A stretch of 46,855 nt of DNA, the filler included, from Catajapyx aquilonaris (lineage: Eukaryota), in NCBI GenBank assembly GCA_000934665.2. It is 2 parts of 2 records of this genome, joined end to end, with 100 filler letters (N's around TTAATTAATTAA, not from the genome) between each part and the next. Parts side by side here need not be neighbours in the genome. Positions count along the whole stretch, not along the records: positions 1 to 23,624 come from KZ539407.1; positions 23,725 to 46,855 come from JYFJ02005738.1. One strand, 5' to 3'. Positions 13,095-24,355 of the stretch are shown here, in pieces (the stretch's first letter is position 1; each line of letters opens with the position of its first letter). The notes below the pieces were generated by a model, which saw only the letters and a list, made by a program, of their open reading frames with translations, had not been told where the DNA came from and searched no databases. Made by a program: the position numbers and the translations under genes.

Positions 13095-13451
13095 TGTGGT
13101 TCACACGAGACACGCGACCCCTTTTTATGATAGTCAAGTAACCTGCGACCCCNCCGAGTGTTAGTAGGCGTTGAAAAAAAACCGTCGCGATGAAATTTTC
13201 TATAAACATTTTTAAATTTTTTTAAAAATAGTCTTATTTAAATGTATACAAATTTCCGCGGCAACGCGCGACTCAAGGGGGTAATCACTCGACTGAAAAG
13301 TGTACACTGGAGTACCAAATTCAAGGAGTACGAAGGAGTAATAAAGAGTGAGGTACCTGATGAGGAGTACCAAGGAGTACCTCTTGCAGGTGTACACCGG
13401 AGTACCGAAGTGATTATCCCCTTGGCGCGACCCCCCGGTTGGGAACCGCTG
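13095..13451. mobile_element. hAT-Charlie-like MITE (right end clear, left end uncertain)
   Basis: Ends GGTTGGGAACCGCTG followed by TTCTAGAT (Charlie-type NTCTAGAN target). CGCGACCCC subterminal motifs and internal GAGTAC repeats. Confidence 0.5.
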
Positions 13452-13889
13452 TTCTAGATAATCTGGTAATAACGAACAATAACAACCACCTCTTTCATCC
13501 CAGCCATCGGCGCCCTAATACCAGTGTGCACTAGTGTGCAGGCTTTTGGCTCTGAACAGGCTGCTGGCCGAACCCCATGCCAGCAGTTAGCCGCTAGGTG
13601 TCTGCCATACCATCGTATACCAGCACAAAATGCACCACTAGTTAGCTATCCGGCTGGACCACCTCGGTATTGCAACCTCTCTTGAATGTGATGGGGCTAT
13701 TGGAGAGAGTGGAGTGGCCGTGTGAGCACGTCTGCACGTGACCAGAGTGGAGTGGTAGAGGAAGTAGTGGGACCGGGGGGGGGGGGGGGGGGGGGGGGGA
13801 NAGTGAGAGAGTCAAGGTTTAACTTTCCCCTTAGCGGTGTCTGTTATAACCAACCGCCTGCACACGATATCCCATCGACACATGCGCAG

Positions 13890-15465
13890 TAGGGTGGGCC
13901 GAAAAAAAGCGTTTTTTTGAGTTGTAATGCAAGAGCGAAAAAAAGTTGTGTTGGGTGATCCTTATGACGTGTGAAAAATATGGGTCACGTGAGTCATCTG
14001 TAATAGGGTCCGCGAGGGGCGTATCTGAGGTGACCATCACTTCCGGGTTGTCACTTTTTTGCGTGTGGGTAGACTTTCGTAACCTAAACACGTGAAAGTG
14101 TGGCCCGTTGGGTCAAAATGTCGTTATTTTTGCGATATCAAGCACCGTTTACGAGATAAGGCTCAAAACAAAGGGCAGCAAATTACAGAAAATTGCAGTT
14201 CTACAAAAAAATACTTTTTTTTTCTGAAAATGTTATTAGTGAGACTTATTGTGAATTTCTCGCTGAATCTGAATCTCTGCTCAGAAGGTTTCTGTCAGGC
14301 AGAGTTTTTGAGATACATCGTTTTAAAGTTTGGAACGGTTTACTAGGGGTCTTTCCGAATCAAGTGAGCCGAAATTTTTATACAATCATCATCTCGGATC
14401 TTGGTGAAAATAATCACAGATGTACAGACATATCCCATAAGGATGCATATCAAGTTTCAGCCACATTGCACAATACCATTGAGAGCAAGGGGATAACAAC
14501 TTCGTGGAACCGGTGTGCAGGGTCCCTGTGGAACCGGCCTGGAACCGGGTGGTACCGGGCGGTACCGGGCGGTTCCAGGAACTGGTAGTAACTTTTTGGG
14601 GAAGTTGCTAACCCCTTGATTGGGAGGAGGGAAGTCGAGAAACTTGGAAAATGGCCGTGTCTGAACAAGTGACTAATGAAATGTAAAAATAAATTTTCGT
14701 AACATTTTAGAGAAAAACTAATTCCATGGGCGCATTCGCCTGGTGTTTCTCTTTCTTGTGATGTACGGTACTGATACGTTGATTGGGTTTTGACCAATTC
14801 CACTAACCGAAAAAATAATGTTCTTCATAAAAGGCATAATTTTCGGTCACTTTCAAAGTTTCTCGATTTTCGCCCTCCCAATGGTATTGCGCAACGTGGC
14901 TGAAACTTGATATGCAGCATTATGGCATATGTCTGTACATATGTGATTATTTTCACCAAGATCCGAGATGATGTAAACAGATTTTGGCTCACTTGAATCG
15001 GAAAGACCCCTAGTAAACCGGTCCAAACTTTAAAACGATATATCTCAAAAACTCCTCATAACAGAAACCTTCTGAGCAGAGATTAACGAGAAATTTACAA
15101 TAAGATTATCTGTTCACATTTTCAGAAAAAGGAACAAATATTCTTTTTTGTAGAACAGTGACATTTTCCGTAATTTTCTGCCCTTTGTTTTGGGCCTTAC
15201 CTCGTGAAAGGTGCAAGATATGGCAAAAAATAGCGACATTTTGACCTAGAGAGCCACACTTTCCTGTGTTTAGGTTAAGAAAGTGTACCCACACCCAAAA
15301 AAGTAACAACCTGGAAGTGATGTGAGGTCGCCTCAGATACGCCCCTCGCAGACAGATGACTCACGTGACCATATTTTTCACACGTCAAAGGATCACCCAA
15401 CACAACTTTTTTTTCACTCTTGCATTACAACTTTCAAAAAAAAAAGTTTTTTTCGGCCCACCCTA
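13890..15465. mobile_element. foldback-like non-autonomous hAT (hATm-type) element with ~590-bp inverted arms
   Basis: TIR TAGGGTGGGCCGAAAAAA...TTTTTTCGGCCCACCCTA. 8-bp TSD ATGCGCAG/ATGCGTCG. Arms at about 13890-14480 and 14880-15465. Confidence 0.85.
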
Positions 15466-16796
15466 ATGCGTCGTTTGTATCCACTGCAATTTTCCAACCA
15501 CATCAAGAGTCTGGTCAATTATACGGCACAAAATTAGTCGCTGATTAACCTTAATCCATGATCATGTAGTACTCCAATGTTTACCAACATAAATATTTTA
15601 CTTTAGTATGAAATCAACCCAGAGGTAACGTAAGGATAGGCATAGCTTAATGCTGTAATTATTTTTGGCGGAAACGTAAAATCCCCACATGAAAAGGCTT
15701 ACTTTCGCCATAGAACCGATTTTATTTTAAATAATGTGCACTATTTACATGTCCCTGGGGAAACCACTCATTTCTTATAAGTAACGTTTAATTATCATAA
15801 TATTAATAGGCCTGGACACTCTGAATTAAATGGCGGTTGGTTCTAAGAGGACCGTGTGCGGAGGCCCCTAGGGCAATCCATTTGGTGGCTGGCTAACCCG
15901 CCATGCATCTGCCCGAAGATTGGTCGCCCAGATCATAGAGAATGGTGGTGGTGGTGGTGGTAGGGGGGGGGGGGGGGGGGGNAACTTTCGTGAGTCTCAG
16001 TTAAGGGTAACTCTTCAAAATCTAATGCTAGAAGGTGGCAGAAGATTGTTCGCTATTACTGAGCGTGATGAGACTGAAGTGCTTAGATAATTTGTAATGA
16101 CATTTAGTTCTCACTATAAATATAGGTAGTCAGTTTCTCTCGAGGACGAAGTAGATGAAAAAAATATTATTTCAAAGTATGCCAGGCAATGGCACTATCC
16201 ATGGCGGGAATAAACCGCCACCTAAAAATGCAGATGGATTCAACGGCTTACCATCGCATAATATATTAACATTAATGCATAGAGTGAAATTATTCACTTG
16301 TCCAATATGGTGAATTTAAAAATGCACTCAATGCATATATTTATGCATGTGAAATGAATAAAGTCCCAGTTTCTAGTTGGTAAGTGAATAAAATTATGCA
16401 CTCCAGGTTTTCAGCGTTACAGCTTTAATGAGTAAATGGTCCCAGTGGCACTTACAGCTTTCCTTTTTTGTTACATTTGGCCTTGGATTTTTATTATTAA
16501 GCAGTGATGTACGTCGTATGTTTACTATTATTGCATCTGGCCATGTACCTTGATTGTACACTACCCTGCATTAATGGCTATGCACAGACATCGCCACCTG
16601 GCGGAAATAAGAGGCGGCGGCTGCGTCCAGAATACTTGGGACAGCTCAAGAATGCTCACGAGACCGCTCAAGACATCGCGGTGGATTCAAACGCTTGCTA
16701 CAAAGATGGATCATAGATATATCATACGCGGTGGCCAGGTATAACCTGGTCACCGCTGGCTACCCCTTTATGGGAATTAGGTCGTGATGCAATGTA

Positions 16797-17681
16797 CGAG
16801 GGCCGTTTCAAAATGATATACAATAATTTTTTTGCCACAGACACAGCGCCCATGCATGTCGGAGAATAGGCACACACAATATAGATAGAATCCTCCTGGA
16901 CCAGAGTTCACTGGCACTGGCACTAGTCAACTTCCCCAGGCCCTCCAGGAACCACCTTTTGGTGGTGCGGCGCACCAACTCCCGGACAACTCTTCACAGT
17001 CAACAATGTCCTCGAAATGGCATTGGCGAAGGGATTCTTTAAATATATTCGAACAGATGAAAGTCACTGAAGGAGGGGACATGGTGGTATAATGGCTATT
17101 CTACTGACCAGCCAAGCGGGATGCCCAGGGTTCAAATTCCGTCCGCGTCAGGCAGTCACCGGTGATCACCTTCACTTGTGCGGGTCTTTATCTGCTTTTC
17201 ACCCGACATGCCCGGGCAGAATTGCACTCCCTTCTCTGCCAAAGGCCGAGAGAAAAGGTTTGGCATATATAAGATGGTCAAAAATGACTACTTAAGAGCG
17301 TCNCCCCTTAGAGGGCCCCTAGCCCTATCACGGGGTGTGACAAACTAACAAACTAACAAACAAAGTCAGTGGAGGCCAGGCCAGGGGAGTACGGTGGGTG
17401 TGGAAGTATTCAAAGCAAGATTCTTGAAAAAAATCCCTTCGCCGACGCCATTTTAAGGACATTGTTGATAGTTGCTGACTGAAAAGTTGTCCGGCAGTAG
17501 GCGCATCGCAGCTCCAATAAGTGGTTACTGGGGGGGTCTGGAGAGGTTGCTACACCCATGACTCCTGTGCATTAGGCTCCGGGAGGGTTCTGTCGATAGT
17601 GTGTGCCTATTTTCCGATCTGCATGGTCCCTGTATTTTCGGCAAAAAATATAAATAGTAAATCATTTTGGTACTGCCCTCG
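16797..17681. mobile_element. mariner-derived MITE made of two inverted 3' ends
   Basis: TA|CGAGGGC...GCCCTCG|TA. Minus strand (SINE removed) reads ILPHPPYSPGLASTDFHLF. Both arms carry decayed transposase C-terminus. Confidence 0.85.
17074..17361 (+). mobile_element. tRNA-derived SINE with (CAAACTAA)n tail
   Basis: A-box TGGTGGTATAATGG, B-box GGTTCAAATTCC. 14-bp TSD AAAGTCACTGAAGG/AAAGTCAGTGGAGG (17060-17073, 17362-17375). Confidence 0.8.
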
Positions 17682-17700
17682 TATATATGTATGTATCTAA

Positions 17701-18237
17701 GAGATGGATAATAAAACCATTGCGATTTCTCTGAATGCATTGAAGTTGTGAACCAGTTATTACACGGATCACGAGAATGATTATTAGGAACATTATTGTC
17801 TGTTGTTAATGTGTGGCTGTTATAGGGGACTTATGGGAGTGCGCGTAAACATCATCACTCTTCTCATATAATTTCTCTGTTAAATTCTGGAGTTTTAAAT
17901 ACACTGTAGTAAAACGAAGCAAGTCATATAGGGTGGTGCAAAAAGATTGGATATAGGCGACAACTGTCATTCGAGAGACTCCAGTACGACTCTGACTAAT
18001 GATTGGCAATGGATGACATTTCTTGTCAAGCCCAGCAGATCCTACCGCTTCCTGTAGATAACTTCTGAATTAAAAAGCGAAATGATAAGAGAAGATTGAT
18101 GCCGTTTACACGCATTCCCAAAAGTCCCCTACACAGCCGCACATTAACATGAAATAACAATACACGTGGTCCGTGTAATAATTGGTTCACAACTTCAGTG
18201 CATTGATAGGAATCTCAATGACCTTATAATCCAACCC
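17701..18237. mobile_element. MITE with ~170-bp imperfect TIRs, superfamily unassigned
   Basis: TGAAGTTGTGAACCAGTTATTACACGGATCACG is mirrored by CGTGGTCCGTGTAATAATTGGTTCACAACTTCA; further arm similarity beyond. No TSD seen. Confidence 0.7.
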
Positions 18238-18238
18238 A

Positions 18239-18345
18239 CGGTTCCAGGATTTCGTCCCCGACAAAACGTCCCCGAAAATTCGTCCCCGACACATTACGTC
18301 CCCGCCAAATAACGTCCCCGGAAAAAACGCCCCCTTCGGGGATGT
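18239..18345. repeat. tandem 14-16-bp CGTCCCCG repeats, probable MULE-like terminus
   Basis: CGGTTCCAGGA followed by five to six (A/T)nCGTCCCCG units. Partner end not found. Confidence 0.6.
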
Positions 18346-18518
18346 CCCGAGAGAAAGACAAGAAAATCATGTCACGTGATATAAATTTAATATCAATACA
18401 AATATACCGGTACTGTACAGTACATGGTCATGCTGTCGGTGTGAAATTACATGAATGATGAAGTCGTTAAAATCATACCCAACATATGAATCGCACGCGA
18501 AAACACAAATTACAGTAA

Positions 18519-18810
18519 TAATAATAATAATAATAATTCATACCCCGTTATCAGCCATCGGCTCTTTAGGGGGGAAGTTTGTTTTGGCTGGAACTCTTTG
18601 CTTTCATTTTACTGTGCTCATTGGGATAGGATAGGGACGGAAGGAAGCGGCTGTGGCCTATTAATTACGGAAACAACTCCGGAATTTCCCTGGAAGGACC
18701 GTGGGAAACCACAGAAAACCGCGGTCAGAGTTGCCGGCCCCGGGATTCGAACCCAGGACCTCCCGATTAGCAGTCGGACGCCTTATCCACTATGCCAACC
18801 TGCTTCGGTT
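18519..18810 (-). mobile_element. tRNA-Ser-like SINE of a widespread insect type
   Basis: 17-bp TSD AACACAAATTACAGTAA (18502-18518, 18811-18827). Head with GACTGCTAATC and GGTTCGAATCCC. Core GGTTTTCTGTGGTTTCCC...GGCCACAGCCGCTTCCTTCC. (ATT)n tail. Confidence 0.9.
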
Positions 18811-18821
18811 AACACAAATTA

Positions 18822-19867
18822 CAGTAAAACTTCTATAAGTCGAATCTCCATGGGACCGAGAAAAAACTTCGAGTTATAGAAGATTCGAGTTAGAGAAGTT
18901 TGGAATTATTAATGCACATAACCCTATATGGAAACCTACCTTTATATCCAGCTACGAAATGTGTTCAAAACTTAAAAATAACTGTCACTATCACATTTAC
19001 AATGTTCCTCGTTGTTGTGGTGTAAAAAAGTCTCCATTATGGACATTTGCCTACTCTTAGATTCAAGGATTCAATTGTCACAATCAAGTCAAACCCTTCT
19101 TTGGGTACGTCAGGTAGACGGTGGAGATCAGGAAATTGAGCCTTTCTGTGCATGTGGCCTACTCTCGACCCTTAGGCTGGGAAATGAGAAAATGTTCCGT
19201 ACTCGCCAACATGAACTTGGACTTAAGGGGGGTTCACACTAGCTGACTGGAGCATACGAAAAGAACGATCCGAAAGAGTGGACCAATCAGAGCCCACTTG
19301 AGGATGACGAAAAGTGAAAGGGATTACGAAACAGAAAAGATGGGAGAAATCAACTTTTGACGGACACGGAATACGGAATACGTAGGCTAACGGACCTATC
19401 CACCAATGGAAGAGCCAGGAAAGCGGCAGGGGTGTGGCGAGCGAAAGTGAAAGTGAACGTGGGGGTAGCGCCGGCAGCGCCTCTGGCGGGGGAAGGACGA
19501 AGAACCTTAGTCGCGACGCGGGAGCCGGGGCAAGCGGGCCTGGGGAGACGGGAGAAGAGAAGGGGTACTGGTCAGAAGGGAGGGAGAGCCCCAGGGAGAG
19601 TCCTGCCAGAGAGTTCAAGCACAGCGCATGCGCTGCGGGATCCAGAGGCTAAAGCCACGCCACTCGCTTTTGTGTCTGAACACCTTTCGCCTCTTTCCGT
19701 TCGTTCCGTCATACCGTTCCGTTCGTTTCGTATGCTACCGTCAGCTAGTGTGAACCAGCCTTTAGGGAGACTGAAAATGCATTGATATCCCATCGTAAGA
19801 CCCCGCCAGCACTTCGAGTTATGGAAAACTTCGACTTAGGGAAGTACGACTTATAGAAGTTTTACTA
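18822..19867. mobile_element. pogo/Tigger-like non-autonomous element
   Basis: TA|CAGTAAAACTTCTATAAGTCG...CGACTTATAGAAGTTTTACTA|TA. Repeated TTCGAGTTA subterminal motifs at both ends. Confidence 0.85.
19226..19761. mobile_element. PIF/Harbinger-like MITE nested in the pogo-like element
   Basis: TIR AGG(GG/CT)GGTTCACACTAGCTGAC...AGCATACGAAA. TTA TSD at 19223-19225 and 19762-19764. Confidence 0.85.
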
Positions 19868-20083
19868 TACCCTTTAGAAGGCCCTCAATTCTCACCTCCT
19901 TCCAGTAAGGGATCTCCGTGGAAATGAGCGCCTTCAAAGCTAGCATGTCAGACGAATGCCAACTACATGTACGATATAAGACAGTGCTGTCTAATGTGGG
20001 ATACTCCAGTGCTGTTACTCCCTATGGGGCATTGGATAGCATACTTCTTTATTATCTTGTCTCATTGTGCTATATTTTAGAGA

Positions 20084-23000
20084 CTCGCTTTGCGAGGCGT
20101 GGGGCTGCGCCCCACTTGCGCCCCTTCGGCTCGAATTAGTCCGGTCCCGCGCAGGTCCTCCTCGGTCTCCGTAAGTCTCCGAGGCGCGGTGCAGGTGCAC
20201 CCGGCCACCCCACACTTACCACACTCTCCGATGTGAACAGAGCAAGTCTTTTTACACAAAAATTGGTCGGAGCGGAGTGGCAACAGTTTACAGAACCCGT
20301 GACGTCATCGCTAAAGGTGTGGAGTATGAGAATGCGCCCTAGCTGACGCATGGTGAACAAGGTCCCGAGGTGGGATTAGAGTAGAACCATATGTCAGCGG
20401 TAGGGGGAAGGGGGCTCCGGAGAGGGTGTGCTATTGTTCTCCGGCGGCTTAATGACGAGCGGATGGGCAAGGTGGCACGTGCAAAAGTCGACTTTTGGCC
20501 ATCTCCAAAACGGCTGGGAATTTTGCGATTATGAGGATTTTTGGCATTGCTAAACCGGGAGCAACAAATCCAACGGAATTTCGACCAGAGCTCTACGACC
20601 TCGGGAAGTGCGTAATCTTTTCCGTCCTCCTATATCCTCCTCGGATTTGGGCTTTATATATATTAGACTCGCTTCGCGAACCGGTGGGGCTCCGCCCCCC
20701 GGACCCCCCCGTGGGGCTCCGCCCCACTTGCGCGCCTTCGGCGCGGTTCCCGTATTCCGCCTAATCCATCCGGTTACAGAAATCAGTGACTTCACCGGTA
20801 GCCCGGAGGAGAATGCGAACGTGCCCTGTGTGACGTATCGTTGAAAACAGCGATTGGGATGACAAAGTGGGACCATCTGTGACGTATCATTCCCACGTCT
20901 CCAGGTTTGAGTAGTGTAAAGATCCCAGGGGGTGGAGGGGAGGGGGTGGGCCATTGTTCTCCTTCTTTACGACCATCTGCGGGCAAGGTCGCAAGTCGAT
21001 CCGAGGCAGTTTGCGGATACATTAATTTCGCGATCTCGGGTTTGCGTCTACATTTAATTTGGCGATCTCGAAAACGACTGAGAATTTTGGGACTTTGAGG
21101 ATTTTTGGCCAATGTAAATCGGCTGCAAGGAATCCAACGGAATTTCGACCACAGCTCTACGACCTCGGGAAGTGCGAAATCTTTTTCATCCTCCTCCTAT
21201 ATATCCTCCTCCTCCTCGTTTAGGGGCTTTATGTATACTTGACTCGCTTTGCGAGCCGGTGGGGCTCCGCCCCCCGGACCCCCCCCCCNNNNNCCCCCCC
21301 CCCCCGTGGGGCTGCGCCCCACCTGCGCGCCTTCGGCGCGGTGCCCGTATTCCGCCTAATCCATCCGGTTACATAAATCAGTGACGTCACCGTTAGCGAT
21401 GAGGAGTTTCCGAACGTGCCCTCTCTGACGTATCGTTCAAAACAGCGCTTGGGACGACAGATGGGACCATCTCTGACGTATCATTCCAACGGCTGCTTTG
21501 AGCTGTGGGTTTGAGCAGGTCCATGGTTTGAGTGACAAGCGGGTGGAGAGGAGTGGGTGGTCCATTGTTCTCGGGGATCCGGGGGAGTTTGCGGATACAT
21601 TAATTTCGCGATCTCGGGTTTGCGTCTACATTTAATTTGGCGATCTCCGAAACGGCTGGGAATTTTGCGATTATGAGGATTTTTGTAAACACTAAACCGG
21701 GGGCAAGGAATCCAGCGGTGCAAGTCCGAGGTTTCTACGACCTTGGGAAGTGCGAAATCTTTTCCATCCTCCTCCTATATCCTATATCCTCCTCGTTTAG
21801 GGGCTTTATATATACTTGACTCGCTTTGCGAGGCGGGGGGGGCTCCGCCCCCCCACACCCCCCCTTGGGGCTGCGCCCCAATTGGCGCGCCTTCGACGCT
21901 ACGCGTTCCCGCCCGGGCCTACCCACTTACCCAGCACCGCTAGAGAGCTGGAAATAATAACCTGGAGTTCGTCGTCAACGGACGAGTGACCAATGAAGCA
22001 TGACAAATACCTGGATCACCACTACGTGGCTGGCAACAATATCCGGGAGTATGTCGTCAACGGAATGAACAATGAAGCAAGACAAATTCCAGGACTACCA
22101 CTACAGGGCTGGCAATAATAACCTGGAGTATGTCGTCAACGGACTGACCAGTGAAGCATGGCAAATACCACACCTGCAACAATCAACCAACCTACCAACC
22201 AGCCAATCAACCAACAACAATGAGCGCGCCCCACAAGCAACAGTGCAAGTGCAGCCGGCCGCCACACACTTCCTCCTACACTCTGCAAAAATTGGTCGGG
22301 GCGAGGTGGCAGTGTGGCATCCATGTTCACAGGACACCCGTGACGTCACCACTAAAGGTGCGAGTAAAAGGCAACATGACGCTATAACAGATGACGTAGT
22401 GGAGGCGTTGAGTAGGGGAGGAGGATTCGANNNNNNNNNNNNNNNNNNNNNNNGGCCGCCGGGGGAAGCGGGAGGTTATTGTGGGTGGTGGAGGCAATGC
22501 GATAGTGGTGCTCGTCTGTTGGCCGCCCGGGGAACCGGGGGAGTTGGCGGATATACATTAATTTCGCGATCTCGGGTTTGCGTCTACATTTAATTTGGCG
22601 ATCTCAAAAACGGCTGGGAAATTCGCGGTTTTGAGGATTTTTGAAAATAGGAAAGCGGGTGCAAGGATTCCAACGGCGTAAGTCCGAGGTCTGTACGACC
22701 TCGGGAAGTGGGAGATCTTTTCCATCCTATATCCTCGTCGGATTGGGGCTTTATATATATATTAGACTCGCTTTGCGAGGCGGGGGGGCTCCGCCCCCCC
22801 ACACCCCCCCTTGGGGCTGCGCCCCAATTGGCGCGCCTTCGGTGCTACGCGTTCCCGCCCCGGCCTACCCAGCACCGCTAGAGAGCTGGCAACAATAACC
22901 TGGAGTATGTCGTCAACGGAGTCAACAATGAAGCATGACAAATACCTCACCTCCAACAATCAGCCAACCCATCACCCAGCCAATCAATCCAGCCAATCAA

Positions 23001-23624
23001 CCAACAACAATGAGTGCGCCCGATTTGCGCGCCTTCGGCCCGAATTGGTCAGGCGCAAGTGCAGCCGGCCGCCCCACACTTCCCCGTGACGCCACTACTG
23101 AGGGTGTGGAGTATAATCTGAATGCGCCCTAGATGACGTATCGTGAAAAGGCAACATGACGCAATAACATATGACGTGGTGGCGGCGGTGGGTAGGGGAG
23201 GAGGATTCGAGGGTCCCCCGCGGGAGGAAGTGGGTGGTGCAGGTGCAGGCGATGGTGGCTCTCGTCTGTTGGCCGCCTGGGGCAACTATCTGGACCCGTA
23301 TCATTTTAAAAAAAAGGCTAGGTGGGATTAGCGTGAGCTGTCAGCGGGTGATGGATGGGGCTATTGTTCTCGGGAAGTTTGCGGATTCATTAATTGCGCG
23401 ATCTCGGGTTTGCGTCTGCATTTAATTTGGCGATCTCGAAAACGGCTGGGAATTTTGCGATTATGAGGATTCTTGTAAACACTAAACCGGGGGCAAGGAA
23501 TCCAACGGTGCAAGTCCGAGGTTTCTACGACCTCGGGAAGTTCGAAATCTTTTCCATCCTCCTATATCCTATATATCCTCCTCGTTTAGGGGCTTTATAT
23601 ATACTTGACTCGCTTTGCGAGGTG
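20084..23624 (-). mobile_element. head-to-tail array of non-autonomous Helitron-like units (5 complete, 1 cut by the gap)
   Basis: Units 20084-20667, 20668-21242, 21243-21819, 21820-22766, 22767-23608, 23609-gap. On the minus strand each starts TC(TAA/AAG)TATA..TAAAGCCC and ends in stacked hairpins plus CGAG. No TSD or TIR. Confidence 0.7.
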
Positions 23625-23724
23625 NNNNNNNNNNNNNNNNNNNNNNNNNNNNNNNNNNNNNNNNNNNNTTAATTAATTAANNNNNNNNNNNNNNNNNNNN
23701 NNNNNNNNNNNNNNNNNNNNNNNN
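23625..23724. other. assembly gap with synthetic TTAATTAATTAA linker
   Basis: N-run / TTAATTAATTAA (23669-23680) / N-run. The 12-mer gives stop codons in all six frames. Confidence 0.9.
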
Positions 23725-24355
23725 GAGCCACCAACTTGTCCGTCTGGGCATGACCTGTACCAATAACACGGCATGAAGCAAATTGGATGCCAATTGTGAT
23801 AGCAGTGATGCAGCAGTGATGGGTGGACAATTCAATTTGAATTAAATTTAATTCGAAGTAAATTCCACACTGATAAATGGAATTGAACTGATTTACGATT
23901 TATCAAATTCCTGCCTATATGGAATACAGAGGTGGGCACCATTCATTTCAAAAGTAGGTTGGTGCATTTCAATTCATTGAGAATTTGCAGTATCACCATT
24001 CAGTTCAATTTTCTTACATTCCATACATTGGCTGTATCAAAAAGGTGTCAATAACCACTATATTGGCCCAAACTGCCCACACTTCATCATTATTTTCGAT
24101 TCAATACCATTCACTGTGATTAGCTATTCTTATCTATTTCAGTTTGTCTGAGATGTCATTCATTGTGCCTCTGCTCCCAATAAATTTTTGTTAGTTTCAA
24201 TTTTAAGCACACCCTATTCATTTAATATACCCCAATATGGCCCAATATTAGGTCACAATTATTTTGTAAAGTAAACTAGATGATGTGGATTTTTTTTTGA
24301 TTGGTGCTTGCATCATTTTTGTCTTGGGTTTCTCCTCTTTATTGACTTTATTGGT

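Noticed and set aside
2751..18810. tRNA genes at the A/B-box sites
   Set aside because: They lack a proper acceptor stem and run into repeated bodies with tails and TSDs, so they are SINE heads.
19223..19793. Overlapping 70-140-aa ORFs
   Set aside because: They lie in a GC-rich MITE, are open on both strands, and show no protein motifs.
22072..22593. 173-aa ORF in array unit 4
   Set aside because: It crosses an N-gap, is built from repeats and low-complexity sequence, and is not kept in unit 5.
20084..23624. CRISPR-like or integron reading of the repeat/variable array
   Set aside because: The conserved part is about 280 bp, the variable parts are homologous to each other, the context is eukaryotic, and there is no cas or integrase gene.
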